Below are positions 18,138-26,206 of a stretch of 64,000 nucleotides of DNA, in pieces. The notes beneath the pieces are model-generated. The model made no database searches. It saw nothing but the letters and a program-made list of their open reading frames with translations, and had not been told where the DNA came from. The position numbers and the translations under genes were made by a program. Numbering within the stretch: position 1 is the first letter of the stretch; each line of letters begins with the position of its first letter. This DNA is from Mariniblastus sp. GTDB taxonomy: Bacteria; Planctomycetota; Planctomycetia; Pirellulales; Pirellulaceae. The stretch is taken from assembly GCA_014237975.1 (NCBI GenBank), contig JABACA010000005.1:2473-66472 (forward strand). The letters are read 5' to 3'.

Positions 18138-21100
18138 TTACTTAGGCACGGTGTGTTTTTCGTTGTGGCCGCGAATTGAGTTGCGGTCATCCGTTTTAAC
18201 CAGGGCCGGGTTCACATTGCGAACACGCGCCAGGTAAGAGGTGCGGGGTATCACATTCAGCTCGTCAAGCAGCGCATAACGACGTGGGTTGTCATACGCC
18301 TTTCGAACATTGCTTTTGCGGTCGGCCAAATCGCCAAACTGGATCGCGTCGGTCGGGCAAGCATCCTGACAGGCCGCGCGAATTTCATTGGGGCCAATCG
18401 GCCGTTTTTCGTTTTTGGCAGTGATCTTGGCGTGCTGGATTCGCTGGACGCAGTAGGAGCATTTCTCCATGACACCACGGCTTCGAATCGTTACCTCCGG
18501 GTTCATCATCAGGTTTTGCATCGCCAGGTCAGCGTCGGACATCTTGTTGGCGCCCGGGTATTTGAGGAACGTTACCGCGTCGGTGTAGTTGAAGAAATTA
18601 AATCGCCGCACCTTGTAGGGGCAGTTGTTGCCGCAATACCGGGTGCCGATACAGCGGTTGTAAACCATGTCGTTCAAGCCCTCGGAACTGTGGACCGTGG
18701 CCGCCACGGGGCAAACCGTTTCACAGGGCGCATTCTCACAATGATGACAGGCCACCGGCTGGTGCACGATCATCTTGTCCTTCGCCTCGTCGTTGTAAAG
18801 ATTGTTGCCGTAGTACCGGTCGATTCGGATCCAGTGCATTTCACGGCCCCGCCACACCTCGGCTTTGCCGACCACGGGAACGTTGTTCTCGGCCTGACAG
18901 GCCGTTAAACACGAGTTACAACCGGAGCACTTGGTCAAATCGATCGTCATGCCCCAGCGGTGGCCCTGGTTGGGATCGTCGGGCCGAAATTCGTAGACGC
19001 GGCGGGCCCCCGGCGTGATATCAAAATTCTGATGGTGTAAGTGGAATGCTTCTGGCCAATGTGCATGCCCGTGACCATCGCCATGGTCGTCATGGCCTGC
19101 TGCATGATCCGCATCTTGAGGGTCGTCATCGACAGGTTGTAAAAACGAGACGTTGTTGATGACAGGCAAGGCGCCCGACACGACTGGCGGCTTGGCTCCA
19201 TGTGCGGCGTGTCCCTCTGCGTGATCATCAGAATGTTCAATGGGGTGTTCGGCCAGGAACGACTTGTAGCTCTCAAAAGAACCTTCCCGGATCATGGCGC
19301 TGCGACTGGACTCCGTTTTTGTCGTGTCCTCGAACATGCGGTTCTGAATCTCGTTGCGCCCCACCGAATCAATGTTCCAAGGATCTTGAACCAGAGCCAG
19401 CCGGTAGGCCGTCCCCGTCTCGGTGGGCTCCTGAACCGGCACGAAGTGCCAGCTCTTGGCTGTCCGCAATGGATTAACATCGACACCAACCGGTTCGACC
19501 CCCGTATTGCCATCGCCACCCACACGCCCAGCCGCAGTACGCCCGTAGCCAATCGCGACCCCTAGAGATCCGTCGGCTTGTCCAGGCTGAATCAGGACCT
19601 GCAGCCCAACCACCTCGTCGCCCACTTTGACGTTGGCGATCATTTGGGTTCGGATGCCACTCTTTTTCAATACGTCGTATGTTTTGGGGCTGACCAACAA
19701 CGCGTTGTCCCAGGTCAGCTTGGTCAGGAAGTCGGGCAGTTCCTGCAGCCAGGCATTGTTGGCAAACCGGCCGTCGTACACCGAGCTGCTAGGTGTGAAA
19801 ACCAGCTCCAGCGTTGATTCATCCCAGTCTTTTCGCCAGCCGTCCGTTGCGGCTGGCATCGAGACGCTGTCAGCCAATGTGACCGTCACCGGCTTGGCTG
19901 CCGAGTCTTTGATAAACCCGTCATGCACTGACAGGGCCCAATCTGTGTCTGACAGGCCGGAATTTTCTTTAACAATCGTCATCCCGTCGGTGGTCGGCAG
20001 TCCCATCCAGGTCGACAACAATTCAATTTCCGAGAGACTGTTGAACAGCGGCCGGATCATTGGCTGGGACAGGCAGACGGACCCATCGTAAGCGTAGCCA
20101 TCGCCCCAGGTTTCCAGCTGATGCGATGGATTGCCAATCCACTTGCAACAGCGGGCCGTTTCGTTGCGGTATTGACCCAGGTAAATCGTATTGCCAACCG
20201 CCTTAAGCTTGTCCTTGATATTCAATTCGTGTGGCGCCGTGTATGCCGGATTGCCGCCCACGATCACTACCGTCTTAAAGTCGCCGTTGGCAAAGTCCCG
20301 GATCGCTTGCTGGTGGTTATGTGTGTCCGACTCGGGCAGCTCGGTCCACAGGATCGTTTTGCCGTGGTTGCCGAGCTTGTCATTCAAAGCGTGAACTGCG
20401 GCGTGAACGGCAGCGGGCTGGCGCTCTCCGCAGATGATCATTCCCTCGCCTTTGTGATCCGACAGGTCCTGGGCCATGCAGGCGAGCATTTTTTCAAGAT
20501 AAGGAAGCTTGGTGTCGATCTTGCCGGAAGCCGCATCGATGGCCGCTGCCAATGAACCGACGAAGCCGGCCATGTCTGTACTGGTAACCGAAATGCGATG
20601 GTCGGCTGCCGAGCCGGTGTGTGTGAACTGGCTTTCGACCGCGTACAATCGACTCATCTTCTCTTCATCGGGATCGCGATTCTTGGCGAACCCGCCAACA
20701 TTGGCAATGCCGTTGGGGTCCATTTGCAGCGGGTCGGCGTCGATCGTCAAAATAATTTTTGCCTGATCGAACTGGTAATGGGGCCGCAAGGGCTTGCCGA
20801 ATGCCTGGCGGGATCCTGCCAACTGGTTGTCGCTGTTAATCGACGCGTAGACAAACCACTTGGCCCCCTTGGCCTCCAGCTGTTTTTTAATTTTCATCAA
20901 GCTGGGTGAGCTGATCTGTTCGGAAAGAAATGCGACCGAAGAAAGATCTTTGGCAGTCAACAATGGCTGGGCATATCCATACAGGGCCTCCCAGTTCTGT
21001 TCATTGTGAATGGCGTTTGGCTTCAGGTCCGTGTCGTCCCTCCGCATTGGCGTTCGCAAACGCTCGGGGTCATAGACCTCGAGAATACGAGCCTGGGTAT

Positions 21101-21479
21101 AGGCGGTTGAGGGACCGAGGGAATTGGGGTGCTCCGGGTTGCCATCGAGCTTGATCGGCCGGCCGTCGTAGCAAGTCGCCAGCAACGGCTGCGCAATACC
21201 ACCAAAATCAAGCGTAGTCGCAAATTTTTCGGGCACACCGGGGACCCGGTTTTGTGGGCGGAATGCGTACGGCGCGATCTTTTCATCCTTGTACCGACAG
21301 CCGGCCATCCCGCCCAGGGCGAGCGATGCGCCCATCAGCTGGAGCCAGCGCCGGCGGGAAAATCCATCGGGCAATTCGCTCGTGGCTGCTCCAAAATCAC
21401 GCTCGATCGCCTGTTGCAATTCGGGAGATTGGTCTATCTGGTCGATGTCGATATCGGATTTAAGTTTCGGTTTGTTCAT
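18138..21479 (-). CDS. actB: Alternative complex III subunit ActB (molybdopterin-oxidoreductase-like domain plus 4Fe-4S ferredoxin domain)
   Basis: ORF 18138..21479. It has a Tat signal (SRRRWLQLMGASLALGGMAGC) and a large MopB-like N-terminal domain. Cys clusters CSGCNSCLTAC, CHHCENAPCETVCP and CIGTRYCGNNCPYKVRRF lie in the C-terminal part. Confidence 0.9.
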   Translation of the reverse strand: MNKPKLKSDIDIDQIDQSPELQQAIERDFGAATSELPDGFSRRRWLQLMGASLALGGMAGCRYKDEKIAPYAFRPQNRVPGVPEKFATTLDFGGIAQPLLATCYDGRPIKLDGNPEHPNSLGPSTAYTQARILEVYDPERLRTPMRRDDTDLKPNAIHNEQNWEALYGYAQPLLTAKDLSSVAFLSEQISSPSLMKIKKQLEAKGAKWFVYASINSDNQLAGSRQAFGKPLRPHYQFDQAKIILTIDADPLQMDPNGIANVGGFAKNRDPDEEKMSRLYAVESQFTHTGSAADHRISVTSTDMAGFVGSLAAAIDAASGKIDTKLPYLEKMLACMAQDLSDHKGEGMIICGERQPAAVHAAVHALNDKLGNHGKTILWTELPESDTHNHQQAIRDFANGDFKTVVIVGGNPAYTAPHELNIKDKLKAVGNTIYLGQYRNETARCCKWIGNPSHQLETWGDGYAYDGSVCLSQPMIRPLFNSLSEIELLSTWMGLPTTDGMTIVKENSGLSDTDWALSVHDGFIKDSAAKPVTVTLADSVSMPAATDGWRKDWDESTLELVFTPSSSVYDGRFANNAWLQELPDFLTKLTWDNALLVSPKTYDVLKKSGIRTQMIANVKVGDEVVGLQVLIQPGQADGSLGVAIGYGRTAAGRVGGDGNTGVEPVGVDVNPLRTAKSWHFVPVQEPTETGTAYRLALVQDPWNIDSVGRNEIQNRMFEDTTKTESSRSAMIREGSFESYKSFLAEHPIEHSDDHAEGHAAHGAKPPVVSGALPVINNVSFLQPVDDDPQDADHAAGHDDHGDGHGHAHWPEAFHLHHQNFDITPGARRVYEFRPDDPNQGHRWGMTIDLTKCSGCNSCLTACQAENNVPVVGKAEVWRGREMHWIRIDRYYGNNLYNDEAKDKMIVHQPVACHHCENAPCETVCPVAATVHSSEGLNDMVYNRCIGTRYCGNNCPYKVRRFNFFNYTDAVTFLKYPGANKMSDADLAMQNLMMNPEVTIRSRGVMEKCSYCVQRIQHAKITAKNEKRPIGPNEIRAACQDACPTDAIQFGDLADRKSNVRKAYDNPRRYALLDELNVIPRTSYLARVRNVNPALVKTDDRNSIRGHNEKHTVPK

Positions 21480-21540
21480 TTTGTTCGAGCTTTGTTGGCT
21501 GCGATAATGGGCAAATTTTTCGAATCAATTATTTGAGTCA

Positions 21541-22218
21541 CTAACGGTGGCAAGTCGTGCAGTTCGTGGTGGGGTTAACCCCGAGCTTCTCAGCCCACGT
21601 CTCGCCGTACTTCGGGTCGTCACTCTTAAAATCCAGGCTGGTAACGAGTTGCGGGTCCCGTATGTGGGGCGACGGATCCCGGTGGCAGTCCAGGCACCAC
21701 TTCATGGACATCGGCTCTACCTGGGTAACCACTTCCATCTTGTCGATGCGACCGTGGCAGGAAACGCAGCTGACGCCACGATTTACATGGGCGGAGTGGT
21801 TGAAGTACACAAAATCGGGCAGGTCATGAACACGATCCCACAAGACCGGATCGTTTGTTTCGAGACTGGTGCGAACCGGCTTCAACAGCGGGCTGTCCGG
21901 GTGGACGACGCCCAGGATTGCGCCGGGCTTGGTCAAGTCCTTGCCATGACAGTTGCCGCAGGTGGCCGTGGGAGGAACGGCCGCATGGCTGGTTTTTTCA
22001 ACCGTGTTGTGACAATACCTACAGTCCATTTTCAGCCGACCCGCGTGAAGTTTGTGGCTGAAAGGGACCGGCTGAGTCGGTTGATGCCCCACGTTTACAA
22101 TGGCCGGATTGATGGCTGCAAACAGACAGGTCGCCAAATAGCCTGCGACCAAAAGCCCGCTGGCCAGCATCATCAACGTAAATTTGTTCACCCAGTTGGG
22201 AAAGTGAAACTCTTGCAT
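21541..22218 (-). CDS. actA: Alternative complex III subunit ActA (membrane-anchored penta-heme cytochrome c)
   Basis: ORF 21541..22218. It has an N-terminal TM helix and five CxxCH motifs (CRYCH, CGNCH, CVSCH, CLDCH, CTTCH). Confidence 0.85.
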   Translation of the reverse strand: MQEFHFPNWVNKFTLMMLASGLLVAGYLATCLFAAINPAIVNVGHQPTQPVPFSHKLHAGRLKMDCRYCHNTVEKTSHAAVPPTATCGNCHGKDLTKPGAILGVVHPDSPLLKPVRTSLETNDPVLWDRVHDLPDFVYFNHSAHVNRGVSCVSCHGRIDKMEVVTQVEPMSMKWCLDCHRDPSPHIRDPQLVTSLDFKSDDPKYGETWAEKLGVNPTTNCTTCHR

Positions 22219-22643
22219 TTCTTGTGCAACCCAAAAGAAGTCGAATCGACAGAATCGTGCGCTTCGCGGTGATTCGTGACGTTTTTACTCGTTACCAAAG
22301 GCGGTACCGAGAACACGTAGGATCAAGCGCAGAAACCCCGGTATTTGACTGCAGAATTTAAATCAAACCAACGCTTCAGTCGACGTGGTAATTCGTCGCA
22401 TACTTTTGGGGGGGTAAATTAGGTTTTAGGTCGGTTTTTGCGGGGCCAAATCATGGCGGTTCCTGCGCCCCGCCAAGCCCCAAACCGATTACATGGTGAC
22501 TCCCTCTTAAGCTGGCCGGAAGGTGGGTCAGCATGGTGGCGTTGGCCGGGTCTGCAGCGCGTCAGCCGGGCGACGGGTCCCTGGGTCGGTTTTCTGCGGG
22601 CCCAGCGGCCCAGTCTCACCCATCGCTCAGCTGAGCGGGTAGG

Positions 22644-23171
22644 TCAGGGCGCGTTCTTTTTGAGTTTTCGCTGCAGGGTCCGTCTGGGGATATCCAGCCG
22701 CCGGGCCGCTTCAGAAATGTTGCCCCCGCAATCAGCCAAGACTCGCTGAATATGCTCCCACTCGGCAGAGGCCAGCGAGGGGGGCGGGAATTCGGGTGGT
22801 TCCTGATCGACAGCCGTCGTCCCAAAGGCGCTGAGCACCTGGTCCGCATCGGCTGGTTTGGTAACGTAATTTAGCGCTCCCAACTTAACGGCTTCAACCG
22901 CATTGGTGATACTTCCATAGCCCGTCAGCATAATCACTTGGGTTGAGGGAGAGAGGTCCTTGATCTCCTTGAGCAGTTCCATTCCGCCCCGGCCCGGCAT
23001 CTTGAGATCCAGCACGGCCATGTCCGGCCTCTTGGTCCTGACAAGTTCGATTGCACCATCGAAATCACAGGCCGTGTAAACGGTTAATCCACGGTTGTTA
23101 AATGCTTTTTCCAGTCGCAATCGCAATACATCATCATCGTCTACGATCAGGATAGTTTTTGAATCATTCAT
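22644..23171 (-). CDS. regA: RegA/ActR/PrrA-type response regulator (REC + Fis-type HTH)
   Basis: ORF 22644..23237, trimmed to the ATG at 23171 (MNDSKTILIVDDDDVLRLRLEKAF). It has a receiver domain with the phospho-acceptor in MAVLDLKMPG. The C-terminal HTH is GNISEAARRLDIPRRTLQRKLKK. Confidence 0.85.
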   Translation of the reverse strand: MNDSKTILIVDDDDVLRLRLEKAFNNRGLTVYTACDFDGAIELVRTKRPDMAVLDLKMPGRGGMELLKEIKDLSPSTQVIMLTGYGSITNAVEAVKLGALNYVTKPADADQVLSAFGTTAVDQEPPEFPPPSLASAEWEHIQRVLADCGGNISEAARRLDIPRRTLQRKLKKNAP

Positions 23172-23277
23172 GGTGGGTTTGACAGCGCCAGGATTCGCTC
23201 GTTGGCTTGCACAAGAACAACAAGCCGGCATTTCCATTAGAGTCGAAAAATTCCAAACGGTCAGGTGTGATCCTCCA

Positions 23278-24630
23278 TCATTCCTTTTTTTGCATCGTAA
23301 ATTGTTCCAATCGATTCACGGGTTCCTCGGGGAGCCGAACGACGACGCTTGTGCCTTCGCCTGGAGCGGAGTCGATTTGAATGTCACCGCCGAGTCGGCC
23401 GATCACGTTTTCGGCAAGGAACAGCCCCAGCCCCATCCCCTTGCCTGGCTGCTTGGTGGTAAAGAACGGCTCGCTCACCCGGTTGAGCACTTCACGAGTC
23501 ATGCCTGGCCCGGTGTCCGTAATATTCCACTGCCAATTCCGACGCATCCGGATGATGTTGATATTGACCAGTTCGGGGCCCGCATCCAGGGCGTTTTGGA
23601 CCAAGCCGCGCAGAGCTTGGCAAAGTTCATCCAGCGGGACACGGATTTTGTCGTTGGCCAGCGATTCATTGAGATCGACAGCCACTTTGCGATGATCCGG
23701 CAATTCAAACAGGACCGCGTTGACCAGCTGTTGCATGGTGACGGTTTCGTATTCGATTCCGGCAGGCTGCCCGGCTCGGCTGGACATTCGATTCAAAATC
23801 TTGCGACATCGTTCCAGTTGGCTGCGGATCAGTTGGACGTCTTCCACGACATCATCGGCACCCTCAAAATCTGGCGGGTGCTCGTGAAAGGCCTTCTCCA
23901 CATCCCCGGCCACGACGGCAATTGTGGAAAGGGGTGTAGAAAGCTCGTGGGCTGCGCCAGCGGCCAGCGTACCGAGTGCCTCGAGCTTTTCGTTGCGGGA
24001 TTGCATTTCCTGGACCCGTTCCAGGTCCAGTTGCTGTTGCCGCAATTCGGCCGTCAAACGGGTCATGAAGTAGACTATAACACTGCCACAGGTGGAAAAT
24101 GCCACTAGCAGGCCGAGTTGCGACAGGGAAAGCTGGCCACTCTCCCGAAAGGGCAGCATCCACGCGTTAAAATCCAGTTCCTTGATCTGGTGATGGTCAA
24201 ACATCAACCAGGCGAAACAAACCAGCGCCAACAGGTTAAGTCCCCATGCCCAATGACGGTTTAGGACAACAGCCGAGAGGCTTAAGTTGACGAAAAAAAA
24301 CAGGAAAAACGGATTGTTGGGTCCGCCCGAGGCAAACAGCAGTGCGGTCAGGGAAATCATGTCCATGACCATCGTCAGGCCCAGGATTAAGTCCCAAGGC
24401 AGCCTCTTCCGTTCCTGGCTCGTCGACCACCACGTAAACCAGAATAATAACATCAGGTTCGAGGCGGCCGTTAAACCGATCACGGTCCACAGTGCCCACA
24501 GCATGTCGATTTGAATACCGAACAGAAAAATGACTGCGATGACCGTCAGCATCTGGCCAACCACGGCGACCCACCGCAACTTGATAAGCCAGGAAGCGTT
24601 TACGATAAAACGATTTGATTCTCGCGGCAT
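23278..24630 (-). CDS. regB: RegB/PrrB/ActS-type redox-sensing histidine kinase
   Basis: ORF 23278..24630. It has six N-terminal TM helices. The quinone-site heptapeptide GGPNNPF (GGxxNPF) is encoded at 24307-24327. Also present are the H-box AAGAAHELSTPL, a Cys in LERCRKIL, and the HATPase G-boxes DTGPGM and GKGMGLGLF. Confidence 0.8.
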   Translation of the reverse strand: MPRESNRFIVNASWLIKLRWVAVVGQMLTVIAVIFLFGIQIDMLWALWTVIGLTAASNLMLLFWFTWWSTSQERKRLPWDLILGLTMVMDMISLTALLFASGGPNNPFFLFFFVNLSLSAVVLNRHWAWGLNLLALVCFAWLMFDHHQIKELDFNAWMLPFRESGQLSLSQLGLLVAFSTCGSVIVYFMTRLTAELRQQQLDLERVQEMQSRNEKLEALGTLAAGAAHELSTPLSTIAVVAGDVEKAFHEHPPDFEGADDVVEDVQLIRSQLERCRKILNRMSSRAGQPAGIEYETVTMQQLVNAVLFELPDHRKVAVDLNESLANDKIRVPLDELCQALRGLVQNALDAGPELVNINIIRMRRNWQWNITDTGPGMTREVLNRVSEPFFTTKQPGKGMGLGLFLAENVIGRLGGDIQIDSAPGEGTSVVVRLPEEPVNRLEQFTMQKKE

Positions 24631-24733
24631 GATCTACAGCACTTTGGGCATGATGAAAAACGTCTCTTACCGTTATACTTGAAATTGGCCCGCACCGGGA
24701 AACGCCAAACCGGATTCCCTGCGAAAGTACTGC

Positions 24734-25297
24734 ATGCAAAAGACGCCCCAGGACACCACGAGCTCGATGATGAGTGAAACATCGCAAACCGAACAGGCTG
24801 CCGAACTGAATCCGGAATCTACGGCTTATCAAAATGCGCCCAAACTGAGCCATCGGGCACTGACGGCAACTTTGGTCGCCATGTGTGTTATACCGGTCTT
24901 GCTTATCACCGCCATGTTCATCTATTTGCCCGGTGTTTACGAAGGAGACCTCAAGGCTTCGGTTTCAGCGATTGGATTGCCGCCGGCCACCTTTTACCGG
25001 GAGGACTATGATCAACGCCCACCGGTTCCGCCCGGCGAGCTGGTGATTCGCAATGACAGTGACCAGGACTGGACACACCTCAACATTCAGATCAACCGGT
25101 ACTATCAAATTTATGAACGCCAGCCGATCCCGGCCGGCCAGGAACGAAGTTTCAGGCTGGATCGGTTTGTAACCCGTACCGGTGCAACATTCGACCTGCG
25201 GTATAACCCACTTAAATACGTACGCATTTATGCCCGCCGTCAAACAAAAGACAGGGCAACCTACTCAACGGAATTTGACTGGGAGAGCATCAAGTAA
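24734..25297 (+). CDS. Hypothetical single-TM protein
   Basis: ORF 24734..25297. It has one TM helix (ALTATLVAMCVIPVLLITAMFIYL) and an extracytoplasmic ~110-aa domain. It is divergent from regB. No family recognised. Confidence 0.4.
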   Translation: MQKTPQDTTSSMMSETSQTEQAAELNPESTAYQNAPKLSHRALTATLVAMCVIPVLLITAMFIYLPGVYEGDLKASVSAIGLPPATFYREDYDQRPPVPPGELVIRNDSDQDWTHLNIQINRYYQIYERQPIPAGQERSFRLDRFVTRTGATFDLRYNPLKYVRIYARRQTKDRATYSTEFDWESIK

Positions 25298-25420
25298 TTC
25301 GGCCCGACAGAAAGTTTGTTTTTCTGTTGGCATCGATTTGTCTTGGCCGCGCAAACGTCAAGCGGCTTCGAGACGGAATCCATTGCAAAAGAAATTTGTA
25401 GCAAAGGCGAGGGGCCTGGC

Positions 25421-26146
25421 ATGTCCGACAACGTTTTGATTACAGGGGTAAGCTCGGGAATCGGCAAAGGCCTGGCAATCGAGTACCTCGCAGGCGGCAC
25501 TGCGGTTTGGGGCGTCAGCCGAAGAGCGCCGGACCTTTCATTGCTGGATCATCCAAACTTTCATTTCAGACAATTGGACTTGGCTTGCGCATCCGAGGTG
25601 GGGCCCTGCCTGAACGAGCTGCTGGACGGATGCCAACGGCTTGACACGGTCATATTGAATGCTGGCGCGATTGGCCGGATGGCCGACATGGCGGAGATTT
25701 CGTTGCAGGAAATGCGACAGCTGATGGATATTAACGTATGGGCCAATAAATCAGTATTGGATGCGCTGTTCGAAATGCGGCTGCCGATCGGTCGCGTGAT
25801 TGGTATTTCTTCGGGAGCTGCTGTCACTGGCAAGCGGGGCTGGAACGGCTATGCGATTTCCAAGGCGGCCCTGAATATGTTGATCCAACTGTATGCCCGG
25901 GAACAGCCCCAGACCTGGTTTGCATCCGTTGCCCCAGGGTTGGTCGAGACGTCGATGCAGGAGTATCTGTGTAACCACCCACCGGACGCCCGCTTCGGTT
26001 CGCTCGACGATCTCAGGAGCAAGCGGGGGACGGATCAAATGCCGACTCCGGCAATGGCAGGGACAACACTAAAACGGCTATTTGATACAATCGAATCCAG
26101 GATTGAATCGGGCGGCTTTATCGATATTCGTCAAATCCAAGATTGA
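25421..26146 (+). CDS. Short-chain dehydrogenase/reductase (SDR) family oxidoreductase
   Basis: ORF 25316..26146, trimmed to the ATG at 25421. It has the TGVSSGIGKG Rossmann motif, NAG, and the catalytic S...YAISKAAL (YxxxK). Confidence 0.8.
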   Translation: MSDNVLITGVSSGIGKGLAIEYLAGGTAVWGVSRRAPDLSLLDHPNFHFRQLDLACASEVGPCLNELLDGCQRLDTVILNAGAIGRMADMAEISLQEMRQLMDINVWANKSVLDALFEMRLPIGRVIGISSGAAVTGKRGWNGYAISKAALNMLIQLYAREQPQTWFASVAPGLVETSMQEYLCNHPPDARFGSLDDLRSKRGTDQMPTPAMAGTTLKRLFDTIESRIESGGFIDIRQIQD

Positions 26147-26206
26147 TACAGGGCCGACGTTGGTCAACAATGGTTAGCAGTTGTTTCAGGCGAAACGAGG
26201 ACTTGT

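Noticed and set aside
21547-22272. 241-aa plus-strand ORF
   Set aside because: It is antisense to actA, which is supported by five CxxCH motifs in the sense frame.
22624-22637. Perfect palindrome CGCTCAGCTGAGCG just after the regA stop, considered as a terminator
   Set aside because: As a hairpin it gives only a 5-bp stem with a 4-nt loop and no U-tract. That is too weak to call a terminator, although it could equally be a protein-binding site.
22419-22749. 66-aa minus-strand and 103-aa plus-strand ORFs in the regA-actA spacer
   Set aside because: Their Arg/Pro/Gly/Trp-rich composition is typical of random frames in GC-rich DNA. The plus-strand ORF runs antisense into regA.
23095-24108. 337-aa plus-strand ORF
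   Set aside because: It is antisense to regB and the regA 5' end, and it has no motifs. Both sense genes have complete kinase and regulator signatures.
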